Origin: a phage
Strand: one strand, 5' to 3'
Sequence record: OZ346152.1
Length of the DNA stretch: 47,862 bases
The first letter of the stretch is position 1, and each line of letters opens with the position of its first letter. Shown one piece after another: positions 10,297 through 20,672 of this stretch. The notes below the pieces were generated by a model. It was not told the DNA's origin. It searched no databases and saw only the letters and a list, made by a program, of their open reading frames with translations. Made by a program: the position numbers and the translations under genes.

Positions 10297-10613
10297 AGCG
10301 GGCGGTTTACCTGTTTTACCTCAAGCCGCCAACTGACGCACAATTAGAGGCCGTCGGCCTATCCCGTTCAGACTACGAAGGGGAGGAGCCGCCGGAGGTA
10401 ATTTTTGATGAATCAATGTTTCAATCTTGGGATCTGTTTTGCGCTATGCAGACGCAATGGAGATCGACTAGCGGCAGTGTGTATGGGTTCGACTATAACG
10501 TTTTGCCTATGCTTTTTGACATTTACAAGATTGAGGATCGGGAGATGGCGCTAAATGATTTGCGCATCATGGAACAAAAGGCGCTAGAAATGATTCATTC
10601 AAACAAAACATAA
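10287..10613 (+). CDS. -1 frame extension of the tail chaperone (gpGT-like fusion, 9979..10613 with a -1 shift)
   Basis: The -1 frame reads KKLKRAVYLFYLKPP... with no stop and joins the track ORF 10416..10613. Confidence 0.5.
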   Translation, partial: KKLKRAVYLFYLKPPTDAQLEAVGLSRSDYEGEEPPEVIFDESMFQSWDLFCAMQTQWRSTSGSVYGFDYNVLPMLFDIYKIEDREMALNDLRIMEQKALEMIHSNKT

Positions 10614-10633
10614 GCGCCGCAAGGCGCTTTTTT
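10614..10633 (+). terminator. rho-independent terminator (weak)
   Basis: GCGCC-GCAA-GGCGC hairpin plus TTTTTT. Confidence 0.55.
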
Positions 10634-10652
10634 AATATCTGGAGGTTTTAAA

Positions 10653-13334
10653 ATGGCTGAGAAATACGCTGGCCTAACGCTAGGCGTTGACGTGTCGCAG
10701 GTCAATAATGCTGTTAAATCATTGCAGCAATTCAAGAAGGCAAACGACGACGCAAAAAAAAGCGTTAATGAATTTGTTGATTCTGAGGTTGTGGCCCGAC
10801 AGCAAGCAAAACAGCTTGCCGAAGAACTGGCGCGCCAGAAAGCAGAATTTAAGAAAATCCAGGAGTCAATTGATCCCACCGCATCAAAGATGGATAAGCT
10901 GCGAAAGGCAGCGACACAGCTTGATGCGCTATGGAAAAAGGGCGTTGTTCCTGATCAGACTTTTTTTGAGCTTGGGGCAATTCTTGAGACGCAGCAAAAC
11001 AAGCTGATCGCAACCAAAAAAGCGATGACAGAGGAAGGCCGCGCGGCGCTTGAGGAATCAAAGAACAAGGCGCGCGCAGCGGAAGAGGCTAGAAAATTCG
11101 TCCAGGCTTTGCGTGAGCAGGAGGAAGCAGCAGGAAAAAGCAAGTCTGAATTGCTGGAAATGAAAGCGGCACAGCTTGGAGTTAGCCAGGAAGCAGCGCC
11201 TTACATCGCAAGGCTGAAAGAGCAGGAAAAGCAGATCCAGAAACTTGGAATTTCTACGGGCCAATACAATCAAGCAATGAAGCTATTGCCAATGCAGATC
11301 ACAGACGTGGTGACTTCACTTGCTTCTGGTATGCCCGTTTGGTTGGTAGCAATCCAGCAGGGTGGACAGATTAAGGATTCTTTTGGTGGGGTGGCTAATA
11401 CATTTAAGGCACTAATGACCTTTATCACTCCTTTAAGTGCTGGAATGACTGTGTTGACTGGTGCTCTTGGATTTGCTGCATACAATGCATATAAGGCAAA
11501 TGCGCAGCTAAAGGAGATCACAAAAACAGTTGAGGATGCAACTGGTCTTTCTGGTGAGTTTGCCGAAAAGATTGCTACCGGAATCCAGGAGCTTTCCGAC
11601 AAAACAGGAGAAAGCGCCGAAGATCTGGCAAAGGCTTACATCACCACGAAAGACGGCGCGAGCGAGGCGATTAAAAAACTGGTTGACGTTGGCATGACTT
11701 ATGATGACGCAAAAAAGAAAGTCAACGAGTACAAGGGCGCGTCTAGCTTTGTTAGCTTGAATAACGAAATTGCAAACCACAAAAACAAAGTCCTTGAGTT
11801 GGGCGATTCGTGGTATGAAGTGTTGAAAGCGAAACGTGATTACGCTTCCCCGTCAGGCGGCCTGTTAGGTAAAGAGCTTGGCTATGTTAATCCTATGCTT
11901 AAGTTTGCACTTAACACTTATGAAGACATTGGAAAGGTCGTAAAAGATGCGAATAGGGATATGGCTGAGCGAGCGGAGCGAATCGACAAAGAAAACCTGT
12001 CATTAAACAGAGTGAGAGCAGCACAAGAGGCTTTAAACAAAGCCATTGAGGATCAGAAGGGTGTGGCGCGTTCTGCTGATGAAGAACTGAAAAAGCGAGC
12101 GGCTGAAAACGTGGAGTTCAGACGCAAAGAGCTTGAGGAGATCAAGAAGCAGGAGCAGAAAAAGAAAGAGGCTAAAGGCGGAATAGTTCGCGGCCCGACT
12201 GAGCAGCTTGATAAAGAGTTGTACGTTTTAAAGGCGCAACTGGAAACGCTTAAAGAGCATCGCACTGTTAATGATGTTATTTCTCGTCAGCGTAAATCTT
12301 TATGGAGCATCGAAAAGCAGATAGAGATCCTGGAGGATGCGCAGAGCAAGCGTAAATTGACCGGAGCGGAACAGGCGCTACTAAACGAGCAAAAAGCCGT
12401 TCTTGAAATGGCAAGGCAAAAAGCGGAGTTAGGGGATCAGATTGTTTTGCAGGAGCGCAAAAACAAGCTGGAGCAAGATAGCATTAAGTTTATCCGTGAA
12501 ACGCAGGCGGCTATTGATGTGCTTGGCCTTAAGCAACTTGGCTACACTGAAAAGCAGATCGAGCGCGAGCTAGAGTTACGCAAGCTGCGCACCGACTACG
12601 AGGCGCAAGGCGGAAGCGTTAGCGATGAAGTTTTTCAGCAAATGGAGGCAAAACTTAAGCTGTATTACCAGACGCAAGACGAGGCGCAAAGCAACTGGTT
12701 AGCCGGAGCAAAGAACGCATGGGAGCTATTCGCGGAAGATGCAAACAATGCCTATGGCAATGTTCAGCAGATCGCAAGCGAGGCGTTAAACGGCCTTACA
12801 AACCAACTAGCGAATTTTATCGCTACTGGCAAGGCAAACTTTAAAGACTTATCGACGGCTATCATCAAAATGATTATTCAGATGATCACGAAAATGGTTG
12901 TCTTTAATGCTTTATCTGGCCTGATGGGTGGTCAAACCTGGACGATGGGGAGCTTGCTTAAGAACATTGGCGGATTTGCTGGCGGTGGATACACTGGCGA
13001 CGGCGGGAAGTATGAGCCAGCCGGAATTGTCCATAAGGGTGAATTTGTCATGACGAAGGAGGCGACGCAGCGTATCGGGGTAGGCAACTTGTACCGCATG
13101 ATGCGAGGCTATGCTAACGGCGGCGTTGTTGGTAGTTCCGGCTATACTGGCGGTGGCGCTGTCACTGGTGGAGCACCTCAATTTAACATTGGTGGGATTG
13201 ATGTTAGCATCAATAACGGCAGCGATCCGAAGGGCATCGAAACTGGCGTTAAGATGATCTTTACTGATATGATTAAACGTTCCTGTATGCAGGGCGGGGA
13301 GGTTTACGAATTTGTTATGAGCAAGCGAGGTTGA
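10653..13334 (+). CDS. tail tape measure protein
   Basis: 893 aa; long coiled-coil-rich N-terminal two thirds, hydrophobic/Gly-rich C-terminal third; follows the chaperone. Confidence 0.85.
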   Translation: MAEKYAGLTLGVDVSQVNNAVKSLQQFKKANDDAKKSVNEFVDSEVVARQQAKQLAEELARQKAEFKKIQESIDPTASKMDKLRKAATQLDALWKKGVVPDQTFFELGAILETQQNKLIATKKAMTEEGRAALEESKNKARAAEEARKFVQALREQEEAAGKSKSELLEMKAAQLGVSQEAAPYIARLKEQEKQIQKLGISTGQYNQAMKLLPMQITDVVTSLASGMPVWLVAIQQGGQIKDSFGGVANTFKALMTFITPLSAGMTVLTGALGFAAYNAYKANAQLKEITKTVEDATGLSGEFAEKIATGIQELSDKTGESAEDLAKAYITTKDGASEAIKKLVDVGMTYDDAKKKVNEYKGASSFVSLNNEIANHKNKVLELGDSWYEVLKAKRDYASPSGGLLGKELGYVNPMLKFALNTYEDIGKVVKDANRDMAERAERIDKENLSLNRVRAAQEALNKAIEDQKGVARSADEELKKRAAENVEFRRKELEEIKKQEQKKKEAKGGIVRGPTEQLDKELYVLKAQLETLKEHRTVNDVISRQRKSLWSIEKQIEILEDAQSKRKLTGAEQALLNEQKAVLEMARQKAELGDQIVLQERKNKLEQDSIKFIRETQAAIDVLGLKQLGYTEKQIERELELRKLRTDYEAQGGSVSDEVFQQMEAKLKLYYQTQDEAQSNWLAGAKNAWELFAEDANNAYGNVQQIASEALNGLTNQLANFIATGKANFKDLSTAIIKMIIQMITKMVVFNALSGLMGGQTWTMGSLLKNIGGFAGGGYTGDGGKYEPAGIVHKGEFVMTKEATQRIGVGNLYRMMRGYANGGVVGSSGYTGGGAVTGGAPQFNIGGIDVSINNGSDPKGIETGVKMIFTDMIKRSCMQGGEVYEFVMSKRG

Positions 13335-13336
13335 TA

Positions 13337-13687
13337 ATGAAGCTGGATCAGTTTAAGTGGTGTACGCAGGTTCAGAACGGCGGCGGGTCCATGACGTCAT
13401 CAAATAACGATCGAGAGATTGCATTCGGTAACGGATACACACAGGTAGCATCTGGAGGCTTTAACACAATCCGGCGAGAGTTTAGCATTGTTTACGCTGG
13501 GCTTGATTACAGAGATGTTGTCAAGTTCCTGAATGAGCACAGGCTAAAACCTTTCTTGTGGATCATGCCAGATGGAAGCCCTGGATTGTTTAGGGTGAAA
13601 AGCGGTAGCGTCGGGCTTACTCCGTTGTCGCCAACCGTTCAGGAAGTAAAAGCCACTTTTACGGAACAATTTACATCAATGCAGTAA
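13337..13687 (+). CDS. minor tail protein (gpM-like)
   Basis: ATG at 13337 with GAGG RBS (track start 13331 is TTG); position after the tape measure. Confidence 0.5.
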   Translation: MKLDQFKWCTQVQNGGGSMTSSNNDREIAFGNGYTQVASGGFNTIRREFSIVYAGLDYRDVVKFLNEHRLKPFLWIMPDGSPGLFRVKSGSVGLTPLSPTVQEVKATFTEQFTSMQ

Positions 13688-13693
13688 TTTTAA

Positions 13694-13716
13694 AGCCGCC
13701 TTTGTGCGGCTTTTTT
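13694..13716 (+). terminator. rho-independent terminator
   Basis: AGCCGC-loop-GCGGCT hairpin plus TTTTTT. Confidence 0.6.
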
Positions 13717-13750
13717 CTTGATGTTACAATGAGCAAAAAGGAGGTAGAAA

Positions 13751-14512
13751 ATGGCTAATAAAGAATCAGGTAGAGTTGAATTTGAGAACTGCCTACAAAG
13801 TTTGTACCCAGGCGAAATTATAACGCTTGTAGAGATTGACGGGACGAAGTTCGGAGCAAATATTTACCGATTTCACAATGAGAACATCTCTTATACTGCC
13901 GAAGAATTAATGCAAGCGCAGCAAACTGGAATCTTGCCGCCGAAAGATATTATTTTCCGGGGTGAGGTTTACGGGGCGCGGCCTTTCGGTGTGAGCGGGA
14001 TTAACTTCACAAGTAACGGCAGGGCAGATAAGCCTCAGCTTATATTGTCAAACCTTGACAGCAGGGTTAGCGCAATGATCAGAAATTACAATGGCATGAT
14101 GCAAGCAAAGGTGACTTTCTGGATCACGGCAAAGGAATTTATCGGAGAAGGCGGAGCAATCAAAGATGGCGCTTACAGAAAATTGGTTTATTACATTGAG
14201 CGACCAAGCCAGTATAATAGAGAGGTGGCGAAATTTGATCTGACGTCGCCTTACGATATGGATGGATTGATGATCCCGCCGCGCATCACTCAAAGCGTTT
14301 GCTATTGGGCGCAAAGGGGGTGGTACAGGAGCGGAAAGGGTTGCTCTTATAACGGATCGGCAATGTTCGATAAAGACAATAAGCCAGTAACAGATCCATC
14401 ACAAGACTATTGCGCCGGAACTGTAACGGCTTGCAAATTGAGATTCGGTCAGCAAAACGAGTTGGATTTCGGCGGTTGCGCGGTGGCGTCACTGCTACGG
14501 AGGAATCAATAA
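13751..14512 (+). CDS. minor tail protein (gpL-like)
   Basis: 253 aa; C-terminal Cys cluster (CYW..GCSY..C..C) like the lambda gpL Fe-S motif; gene order. Confidence 0.6.
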   Translation: MANKESGRVEFENCLQSLYPGEIITLVEIDGTKFGANIYRFHNENISYTAEELMQAQQTGILPPKDIIFRGEVYGARPFGVSGINFTSNGRADKPQLILSNLDSRVSAMIRNYNGMMQAKVTFWITAKEFIGEGGAIKDGAYRKLVYYIERPSQYNREVAKFDLTSPYDMDGLMIPPRITQSVCYWAQRGWYRSGKGCSYNGSAMFDKDNKPVTDPSQDYCAGTVTACKLRFGQQNELDFGGCAVASLLRRNQ

Positions 14513-15243
14513 TGATTAGTGCAAAAATTAAACTTGAAATAATGCAGCACGTTAAAGAGGAATACCCTAAAGAGGCTTGCGGCGTCATAACTCAAAAGTC
14601 ACGGGTACAGAAATATCACCGCATAACCAACGTGCATGACGATCCAGAAAATCATTTTGAAATGGATGCCGTAGAATACGCTGAATCGCTCGACAAAGGC
14701 GAATTAATCGCGGTGGTACATTCCCATTGCGGTGACGGTGCTAGTACGATACCGAGCGCGCACGACTCGTGTATGTGCGATGAAATGGGTGTATCGTGGA
14801 TTATAGTTTCATGGCCCGAAGGTGATATGAGAATTGTCGAGCCGCAGGAGAGGCCGCTTATCGGTCGCCCGTGGTCGCTGGGGTCGTTCGATTGCTGGGG
14901 TCTTATCATGGCATGGCATAAACAGCACGGAATAGTATTGAATGACTTCCGAAAGCCTTACGAGTGGTGGAAGTCAGAATATGGTGAAAATCTTTACCAG
15001 GATAATTATTTGAAAGAGGGATTTGTTGAAACTAACGAGCCTCCAAAACCTGGTGATATGGTGATTATGCAGCTATCATCGCCAGTCTGGAATCATGCGG
15101 GGATTTATTTGGGTAACAATCAGCTATTACATCATGCGTTTGGAAAGCTATCTCGCATCGACTTGTATTCTGGATGGTATCAGGAGCACACTGTAAAAAT
15201 TTGCCGACATAAGGATCTGAAATATGACATTGAAAGTAATTAA
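14512..15243 (+). CDS. tail tip assembly protein (gpK-like, MPN/JAB plus NlpC/P60)
   Basis: HSHCGDG metal-site-like motif and DCWGL Cys-peptidase motif; TAATG-coupled ATG at 14512 (track start 14410 runs into the upstream gene). Confidence 0.6.
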   Translation: MISAKIKLEIMQHVKEEYPKEACGVITQKSRVQKYHRITNVHDDPENHFEMDAVEYAESLDKGELIAVVHSHCGDGASTIPSAHDSCMCDEMGVSWIIVSWPEGDMRIVEPQERPLIGRPWSLGSFDCWGLIMAWHKQHGIVLNDFRKPYEWWKSEYGENLYQDNYLKEGFVETNEPPKPGDMVIMQLSSPVWNHAGIYLGNNQLLHHAFGKLSRIDLYSGWYQEHTVKICRHKDLKYDIESN

Positions 15244-15823
15244 ACTATCTGGTTCCCTGGGTCGTAGATTTGGCGTCTTTCATAAAATGGCGGTTGACTC
15301 ATACCCCGAAGCAATACGCGCGTTATCTTCCCAAGTTGATGGGTTCAAAGACTACATGCAAAGCGAAGTAGGATCGCGTATGCGTTACGCTGTTATTGTT
15401 GACGGCAAAGAGATTAGCCAGCATGACGAACGCACTTGGAAATGCGCGAAAGAGGTCAGGATAATTCCAATTCCCACGGGGTCGAAGTCAGGAGGGCTGT
15501 TCCAATCCATACTTGGTGTTACCATTATGGCGGTGGCAGTGATTGCAAGTGGCGGCGTGGCAGCAATGATGGCTAGTTCGTTTGCATCTTCTGCTTTCCT
15601 CATGGGCGGTGCTATCGCGCTTGGCGGTGTCATGCAAATGATTTCGCCGCAGCAGGGCGGAATGAAACTGCAAAGCCAATCAGCAGAAAACAAGCCTTCT
15701 TACGCTTTCGGCGGCGCAGTAAATACCACGGCGGCAGGTTATCCGGTTCCTTTGCCATATGGATATAGGACAGTAGGCGGAGCGATCTGGTCGGCTGGAA
15801 GCTACGCAGAAGATAAAGCATAA
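15224..15823 (+). CDS. tail assembly protein (gpI-like)
   Basis: 199 aa; Gly/Ala-rich hydrophobic C-terminal half; position between the K-like and J-like genes. Confidence 0.5.
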   Translation: MTLKVIKLSGSLGRRFGVFHKMAVDSYPEAIRALSSQVDGFKDYMQSEVGSRMRYAVIVDGKEISQHDERTWKCAKEVRIIPIPTGSKSGGLFQSILGVTIMAVAVIASGGVAAMMASSFASSAFLMGGAIALGGVMQMISPQQGGMKLQSQSAENKPSYAFGGAVNTTAAGYPVPLPYGYRTVGGAIWSAGSYAEDKA

Positions 15824-15830
15824 AAAAATA

Positions 15831-15852
15831 CCCGCCTTGCGCGGGTTTTTTT
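15831..15852 (+). terminator. rho-independent terminator
   Basis: CCCGC-CTTGC-GCGGG hairpin plus TTTTTTT; a TATAAT at 15860-15865 lies just downstream. Confidence 0.6.
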
Positions 15853-15901
15853 GTGCCTTTATAATGTTCAAACCAAGAAACAGCACAAAAGGTTAAAAGT
15901 C

Positions 15902-18900
15902 ATGGCTAAACATATGATAAGCGGCAGTAAGGGCGGAAGCAAAAAGCCATACGTGCCAAAAGAGATGGAAGATAACCTGATCTCGATAAACAAGATTAAA
16001 GTTTTGCTGGCTGTATCTGATGGCGAGTGCGATCCAGATTTCACGTTGCGTGATCTTTATCTTGATGATGTTCCTGTAATTGCCAGCGATGGCACTGTTA
16101 ACTATGAGGGGGTAACGGCTGAATATAGGCCAGGCACACAGACGCAAGATTACATCCAGGGGTTTACTGACACATCAAGCGAGGTGACAGTTTCGCGAGA
16201 TATTACAGCAGACAATCCCTATATTATCTCTGTAACAAACAAAAATCTTTCCGCAATCAGAATCAAGATTCTGATGCCAACTGGCATAAAACAGGAGGAT
16301 AACGGCGATCTTGTTGGTGTAAGGGTTCAATATGCCGTAGATATGGCTGTTGATGGCGGTTCTTATAACGAGGTTATGAGAGATGTAATTGACGGCAAGA
16401 CAAGATCAGGGTATGACCGCAGCAGAAGGATTGATCTTCCTAAGTTTGAGGAGCGCGTTTTAATCAGAGTTAAGCGACTGACTCCAGATAGCACATCTTC
16501 AAAGGTGACTGATAAAATCAAACTGCAAAGTTACGCTGAGGTTGTGGATGCAAAATTCCGTTATCCTCTGACTGGACTTGTATTCGTAGAATTTGACAGC
16601 GAATTGTTTCCTACGCAAATCCCTAACATTTCTATAAAAAAGAAATGGAAGATTATTAATGTGCCAAGCAACTACGATCCAATATCAAGAGAATATCACG
16701 GGTCATGGGATGGTACTTTTAAAAAAGCGTGGTCAAATAATCCTGCATGGGTTCTTTATGATCTGGTGACGAATCAGCGTTATGGACTTGACCAGCGAGA
16801 GTTAGGAATACAGATCGACAAGTGGAGCTTATACGAGGCAGGTGTTTACTGTGATCAGAAAGTTCCAGACGGCAAGGGCGGGACAGAGCCTCGCTACCTA
16901 TGCGATGTGGTGATCCAGAATCAAGTAGAGGCTTATCAGCTAATCCGTGACATTTGCTCAATCTTTCGCGGAATGAGCTTTTGGAATGGAGAGAGCTTAT
17001 CAATCGTGATTGATAAACCGCGCGATCCATCATACGTGTTTACTAATGAAAACGTCATCAACGGTGATTTTCAGTACACAGCAGCAAGCGAAAAAAGCAT
17101 GTACACGCAATGTAATGTGACGTTTGACGACGAACAAAACATGTATCAACAGGACGTCGAGGGTGTTTTTGATACTGAGGCGGCATTACGATTTGGATAC
17201 AATCCAACAAGCATTACAGCGATCGGGTGTACACGCAGGAGCGAAGCGAATCGTCGCGGTCGGTGGGTTTTGAAAACAAACCTTAGAAGCACTACTGTAA
17301 ACTTTGCTACTGGACTGGAGGGGATGATTCCATCAATAGGTGATGTGATTGCTATCGCTGATAATTTTCAGAGCAGCAACCTAACGTTAAACCTATCGGG
17401 CCGAGTGATGGAAGTTTCAGGATTGCAGGTTTTCGTTCCGTTTAAGGTTGATGCTCGTCCTGGTGATTTTATTATCATCAACAAGCCGGACGGCAAGCCA
17501 GTTAAGCGAACGATCTCAAAGGTGAGCGCAGACGGAAAAACCATTGAGTTAAATATTGGATTTGGTTTTGATGTTAAGCCTGATACTGTTTTTGCGATTG
17601 ACCGTACTGACCTTGCGTTGCAGCAATACGTTGTGACAACTATCAGCAAGGGTGATGACGAAAACGAGTTTACCTTTTCAATCACGGCTGTGGAGTACGA
17701 TCCGAACAAATACGACGAGATTGATTATGGCGTAAACATTGATGACAGGCCAACTTCAATTGTTCAGCCTGACGTGATGGTAGCGCCTGAGAACGTGCAG
17801 ATCTCTTCTTATTCTCGCGTCGTGCAGGGTGTAAGCGTTGAAACTATGGTTGTGTCGTGGGATAAAGTGCCTTATGCATCGCTGTATGAAATGCAGTGGC
17901 GTAAAGGTGATGGAAACTGGCTGAATACACCACAGACCGCAAACAAAGAAGTTGAGGTTGAAGGTATTTATTCAGGTAACTACCAAGTAAGGGTGAGATC
18001 TGTTTCTGCTTCCGGTTCTACGTCGCCGTGGTCAAAGATTGCAACCGCCACCCTGACAGGTAAAGTTGGCGAGCCAGGAGCGCCGATTAATCTTACAGCT
18101 TCTGATAATGAAGTTTTTGGCATTCGTGTTAAATGGGGTATGCCGGAAGGATCAGGCGATACGGCTTACATTGAGCTTCACCAATCGCCGGATGGGACGG
18201 TGGAAAACTCAAGTTTGCTTACGCTGATCCCGTATCCTCAATATGAGTATTGGCATAGCACGTTACCAGCGGGTCAAGTTGTATGGTATAGAATCCGTAG
18301 CGTTGACAGGATCGGCAACGTTTCCGGCTGGACTGACTTTGTTCGCGGCATGGCGTCAGATGATGTTGAATCTGTTTTAGGCGACATTCTGGACAAGATT
18401 TTTGATACCGAAGCGGGTCAAGAAATCAAAGAGAACGCCATAGACAGTGCAAACAAAATCAAAGACCAGGCGCAATCAATCATCCAGAACGCATTGGCAA
18501 ACGATGCCGATGTGAAGTGGACGCGAGTACAAAACGGAAAGCGTAAGGCTGAATATGGTCATGCACTGGAGCTTATTGCTACCGAAACGGAGGCGCGAGT
18601 AACTCAAATCGAAGAGTTAAAGGCGTCAATTGATGAAGATATAGTTTCAAGTATCAAAACCGTTCAGGAAGCGATTGCCAACGAATCAGAGACGCGAGCT
18701 ACTCAAGTGCAGCAGCTTGATTCTAAATTTACGAAGGAAATAGACGGCGTAAAACGAGATACGGCTGCAAGTATTGGCGAGGTAAGGCAAACAATTGCCA
18801 ATGAATCAGAAGCGCGCGCCCAGGCAGTTCAGCAGCTTGACGCCAAGTTTACGAAAGAGATAAACGACCTTGACGAAGTTATCAAGACCGAAGTCGAGGC

Positions 18901-19480
18901 TAACATCTCAGAAGTGAAACAGGCGATCGCTAATGAGACAGAGGCGAGGGTTCAGGCTGACCAGGCTTTAACAGCCAAATTCGGAGACGTTGAATCAGCA
19001 CTAGCCGAAAAACTTGATTCGTGGGCTAACGTTGATTCGGTTGGCGCTAAGTACGCTATGAAATTGGGCCTTACTTACAAGGGACAGAAGTACAGCGCAG
19101 GAATGATCATGCAGTTGTCGCAATCTTCTCAAGGCTTGATCTCGCAAATCTTGTTTGATGCTAACAGGTTCGCGATCATGACTAGCTCTACTGGCGGAAC
19201 GTTTACTTTGCCTTTCGTTGTTGAAAACAACCAGGTTTTCATTAACAGCCTGCTAGTGAAAAACGGGTCCATTACTAACGCAATGATTGGTAACGTGATT
19301 CAGTCAAATAACTTTGTTCAGAATCAGCAAGGATGGAGGCTTGATAAAAATGGTAACTTTGAGAACTACGGAACGAGAGCGGGGGAAGGTGCTACAAAAT
19401 TCACTAACGAAGGATTAAAGGTGAAAGATGCAAATGGACAATTGAGGGTTGAAATAGGGAGAATAACCGGAAGTTGGTAA
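15902..19480 (+). CDS. central tail fibre / host specificity protein (J-like)
   Basis: About 1193 aa from the ATG at 15902 (track start 15851 is TTG); fibronectin-like middle and repeated coiled-coil C-terminal segments (ANESETRA..QQLD..KFTKEI). Confidence 0.8.
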   Translation: MAKHMISGSKGGSKKPYVPKEMEDNLISINKIKVLLAVSDGECDPDFTLRDLYLDDVPVIASDGTVNYEGVTAEYRPGTQTQDYIQGFTDTSSEVTVSRDITADNPYIISVTNKNLSAIRIKILMPTGIKQEDNGDLVGVRVQYAVDMAVDGGSYNEVMRDVIDGKTRSGYDRSRRIDLPKFEERVLIRVKRLTPDSTSSKVTDKIKLQSYAEVVDAKFRYPLTGLVFVEFDSELFPTQIPNISIKKKWKIINVPSNYDPISREYHGSWDGTFKKAWSNNPAWVLYDLVTNQRYGLDQRELGIQIDKWSLYEAGVYCDQKVPDGKGGTEPRYLCDVVIQNQVEAYQLIRDICSIFRGMSFWNGESLSIVIDKPRDPSYVFTNENVINGDFQYTAASEKSMYTQCNVTFDDEQNMYQQDVEGVFDTEAALRFGYNPTSITAIGCTRRSEANRRGRWVLKTNLRSTTVNFATGLEGMIPSIGDVIAIADNFQSSNLTLNLSGRVMEVSGLQVFVPFKVDARPGDFIIINKPDGKPVKRTISKVSADGKTIELNIGFGFDVKPDTVFAIDRTDLALQQYVVTTISKGDDENEFTFSITAVEYDPNKYDEIDYGVNIDDRPTSIVQPDVMVAPENVQISSYSRVVQGVSVETMVVSWDKVPYASLYEMQWRKGDGNWLNTPQTANKEVEVEGIYSGNYQVRVRSVSASGSTSPWSKIATATLTGKVGEPGAPINLTASDNEVFGIRVKWGMPEGSGDTAYIELHQSPDGTVENSSLLTLIPYPQYEYWHSTLPAGQVVWYRIRSVDRIGNVSGWTDFVRGMASDDVESVLGDILDKIFDTEAGQEIKENAIDSANKIKDQAQSIIQNALANDADVKWTRVQNGKRKAEYGHALELIATETEARVTQIEELKASIDEDIVSSIKTVQEAIANESETRATQVQQLDSKFTKEIDGVKRDTAASIGEVRQTIANESEARAQAVQQLDAKFTKEINDLDEVIKTEVEANISEVKQAIANETEARVQADQALTAKFGDVESALAEKLDSWANVDSVGAKYAMKLGLTYKGQKYSAGMIMQLSQSSQGLISQILFDANRFAIMTSSTGGTFTLPFVVENNQVFINSLLVKNGSITNAMIGNVIQSNNFVQNQQGWRLDKNGNFENYGTRAGEGATKFTNEGLKVKDANGQLRVEIGRITGSW

Positions 19481-19510
19481 AAAAAAGGGGGCATAGCCCC
19501 CTTTAATTTT
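19481..19510. terminator. bidirectional rho-independent terminator
   Basis: GGGGGC-ATA-GCCCCC hairpin flanked by an A-run and a T-run, between convergent genes. Confidence 0.65.
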
Positions 19511-20123
19511 AATCATAGTGTGATGAATTTATAACCAAAACAGATGAAGCCGTGTAAATACCAACAGGACCAGAAGTTTGCGCAACCTGCCTAGATAAAG
19601 AATATACCCCGTTGCCATACGCGGCAGCTTGAGACTCAAATATCATGAATCCACCTAAAGACGGATTACGCACAGAGTTTAAAGCTGTTAGTGATGGCAT
19701 GATGGCGCAAGGGTATCCCAAGTTAACGTCAAAAGTGATCCCGCTTACAGATACAAGTTTTGCATCCAAAGGCTTCATCTTTCCATGATAAACCATCTCA
19801 CCATTAGCATTATAAAAAGCTATTCCGTGACTACCAGGAGGAGTAACCATATTGCTAAAAGCATAAACAAATACCTCACCTTGATTGTCGGACTTTTCTA
19901 TCTTTATTGCGTGCTTCCCACCATTATTAAACTGATTAAATGCTATGTATGATTTTGATGTTAACCTTACAAAAAAGAAGCACGGCCTATTTATTGGTAT
20001 AGAAGTATTAAAAACGGTTCCTGTTTTTGCTGATATTTTACCTTTATCTATAAGGTTAACAGGAGTGAAATCTGGACTTAACCACAATGATCCGTCTGGT
20101 TTTTTTATGCTCATCCCGTACAT
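19509..20123 (-). CDS. putative receptor-binding / tail-tip accessory protein
   Basis: 204 aa from ATG at 20123 (track start 20135 is TTG); reverse-strand locus immediately downstream of the J-like gene. Confidence 0.3.
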   Translation of the reverse strand: MYGMSIKKPDGSLWLSPDFTPVNLIDKGKISAKTGTVFNTSIPINRPCFFFVRLTSKSYIAFNQFNNGGKHAIKIEKSDNQGEVFVYAFSNMVTPPGSHGIAFYNANGEMVYHGKMKPLDAKLVSVSGITFDVNLGYPCAIMPSLTALNSVRNPSLGGFMIFESQAAAYGNGVYSLSRQVAQTSGPVGIYTASSVLVINSSHYD

Positions 20124-20125
20124 TA

Positions 20126-20404
20126 TTACCCCCAAAAAGTATATATATATCTTGAGTCAGATCCAGAAAGTCCGCTCCATGTAACAGTATCACCGCTTAC
20201 ACCTAAACTTGGAGCGCCAGGATCTCCTCCGCGCCACGAATTCATTCCAACATATATTGCTTTCAACGACTTACCTGGCGGCCTGTTTGAGTAGGTCTTA
20301 CTGCCAGATGATTGAGTAAATTTATCCAAGAAAAAAACTGGAGTTAAAAGGCCAGTAACATTTCTACCTTGCTCATCATATATTGCATACCCATATTCAG
20401 CCAT
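20126..20404 (-). CDS. hypothetical protein (receptor-binding locus)
   Basis: 92 aa; GAGGTG RBS; ends with TAATAA overlapping the next start. Confidence 0.3.
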   Translation of the reverse strand: MAEYGYAIYDEQGRNVTGLLTPVFFLDKFTQSSGSKTYSNRPPGKSLKAIYVGMNSWRGGDPGAPSLGVSGDTVTWSGLSGSDSRYIYTFWG

Positions 20405-20672
20405 TTTTGCACCTCAAATCAATGAATTTTCTTTCATCTTGCCAACGGTTGATAAATTTAACTTCTTTATTGTCAACGCTCAACCTGTATTGCTTTTGGC
20501 TGAATCTGTTTTCGCGGACAGCATTAATTTTAACCTCATGGAATCCGTTAACAGGGAATGTTTTAACGTTAAATTTTGCCGTGCAATCGATCTCCTTGAA
20601 GTTGCCAGTAGGCGAAGAAGAACATCCGGTCAGAGCGGCTACGGTGGCTATAACTGCGATTAATTTTTTCAT
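20397..20672 (-). CDS. lipoprotein (superinfection-exclusion-like, Cor/Llp-type)
   Basis: 91 aa from ATG at 20672 with AAGGAG RBS; signal peptide with lipobox LTGC; first gene of the leftward locus. Confidence 0.5.
   Translation of the reverse strand: MKKLIAVIATVAALTGCSSSPTGNFKEIDCTAKFNVKTFPVNGFHEVKINAVRENRFSQKQYRLSVDNKEVKFINRWQDERKFIDLRCKNG

Noticed and set aside
10595-11780. Multiple 60-110-aa ORFs on both strands inside the tape measure gene
   Set aside because: They are alternative-frame or antisense shadows of an 893-aa gene with a clear RBS and continuous frame; none has its own RBS.
14410-14511. Track start at 14410 for the K-like gene (102-nt overlap with the L-like gene)
   Set aside because: The ATG at 14512 is TAATG-coupled to the upstream stop with GGAGGA 8 nt upstream; the upstream extension is a read-through of the other frame.
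19509-20404. The 92-aa and 204-aa leftward ORFs as one gene interrupted by a frameshift
   Set aside because: The upstream ORF ends with two consecutive stops (TAATAA) and the downstream ATG has its own G-rich RBS; the two frames differ and no slippery run links them.
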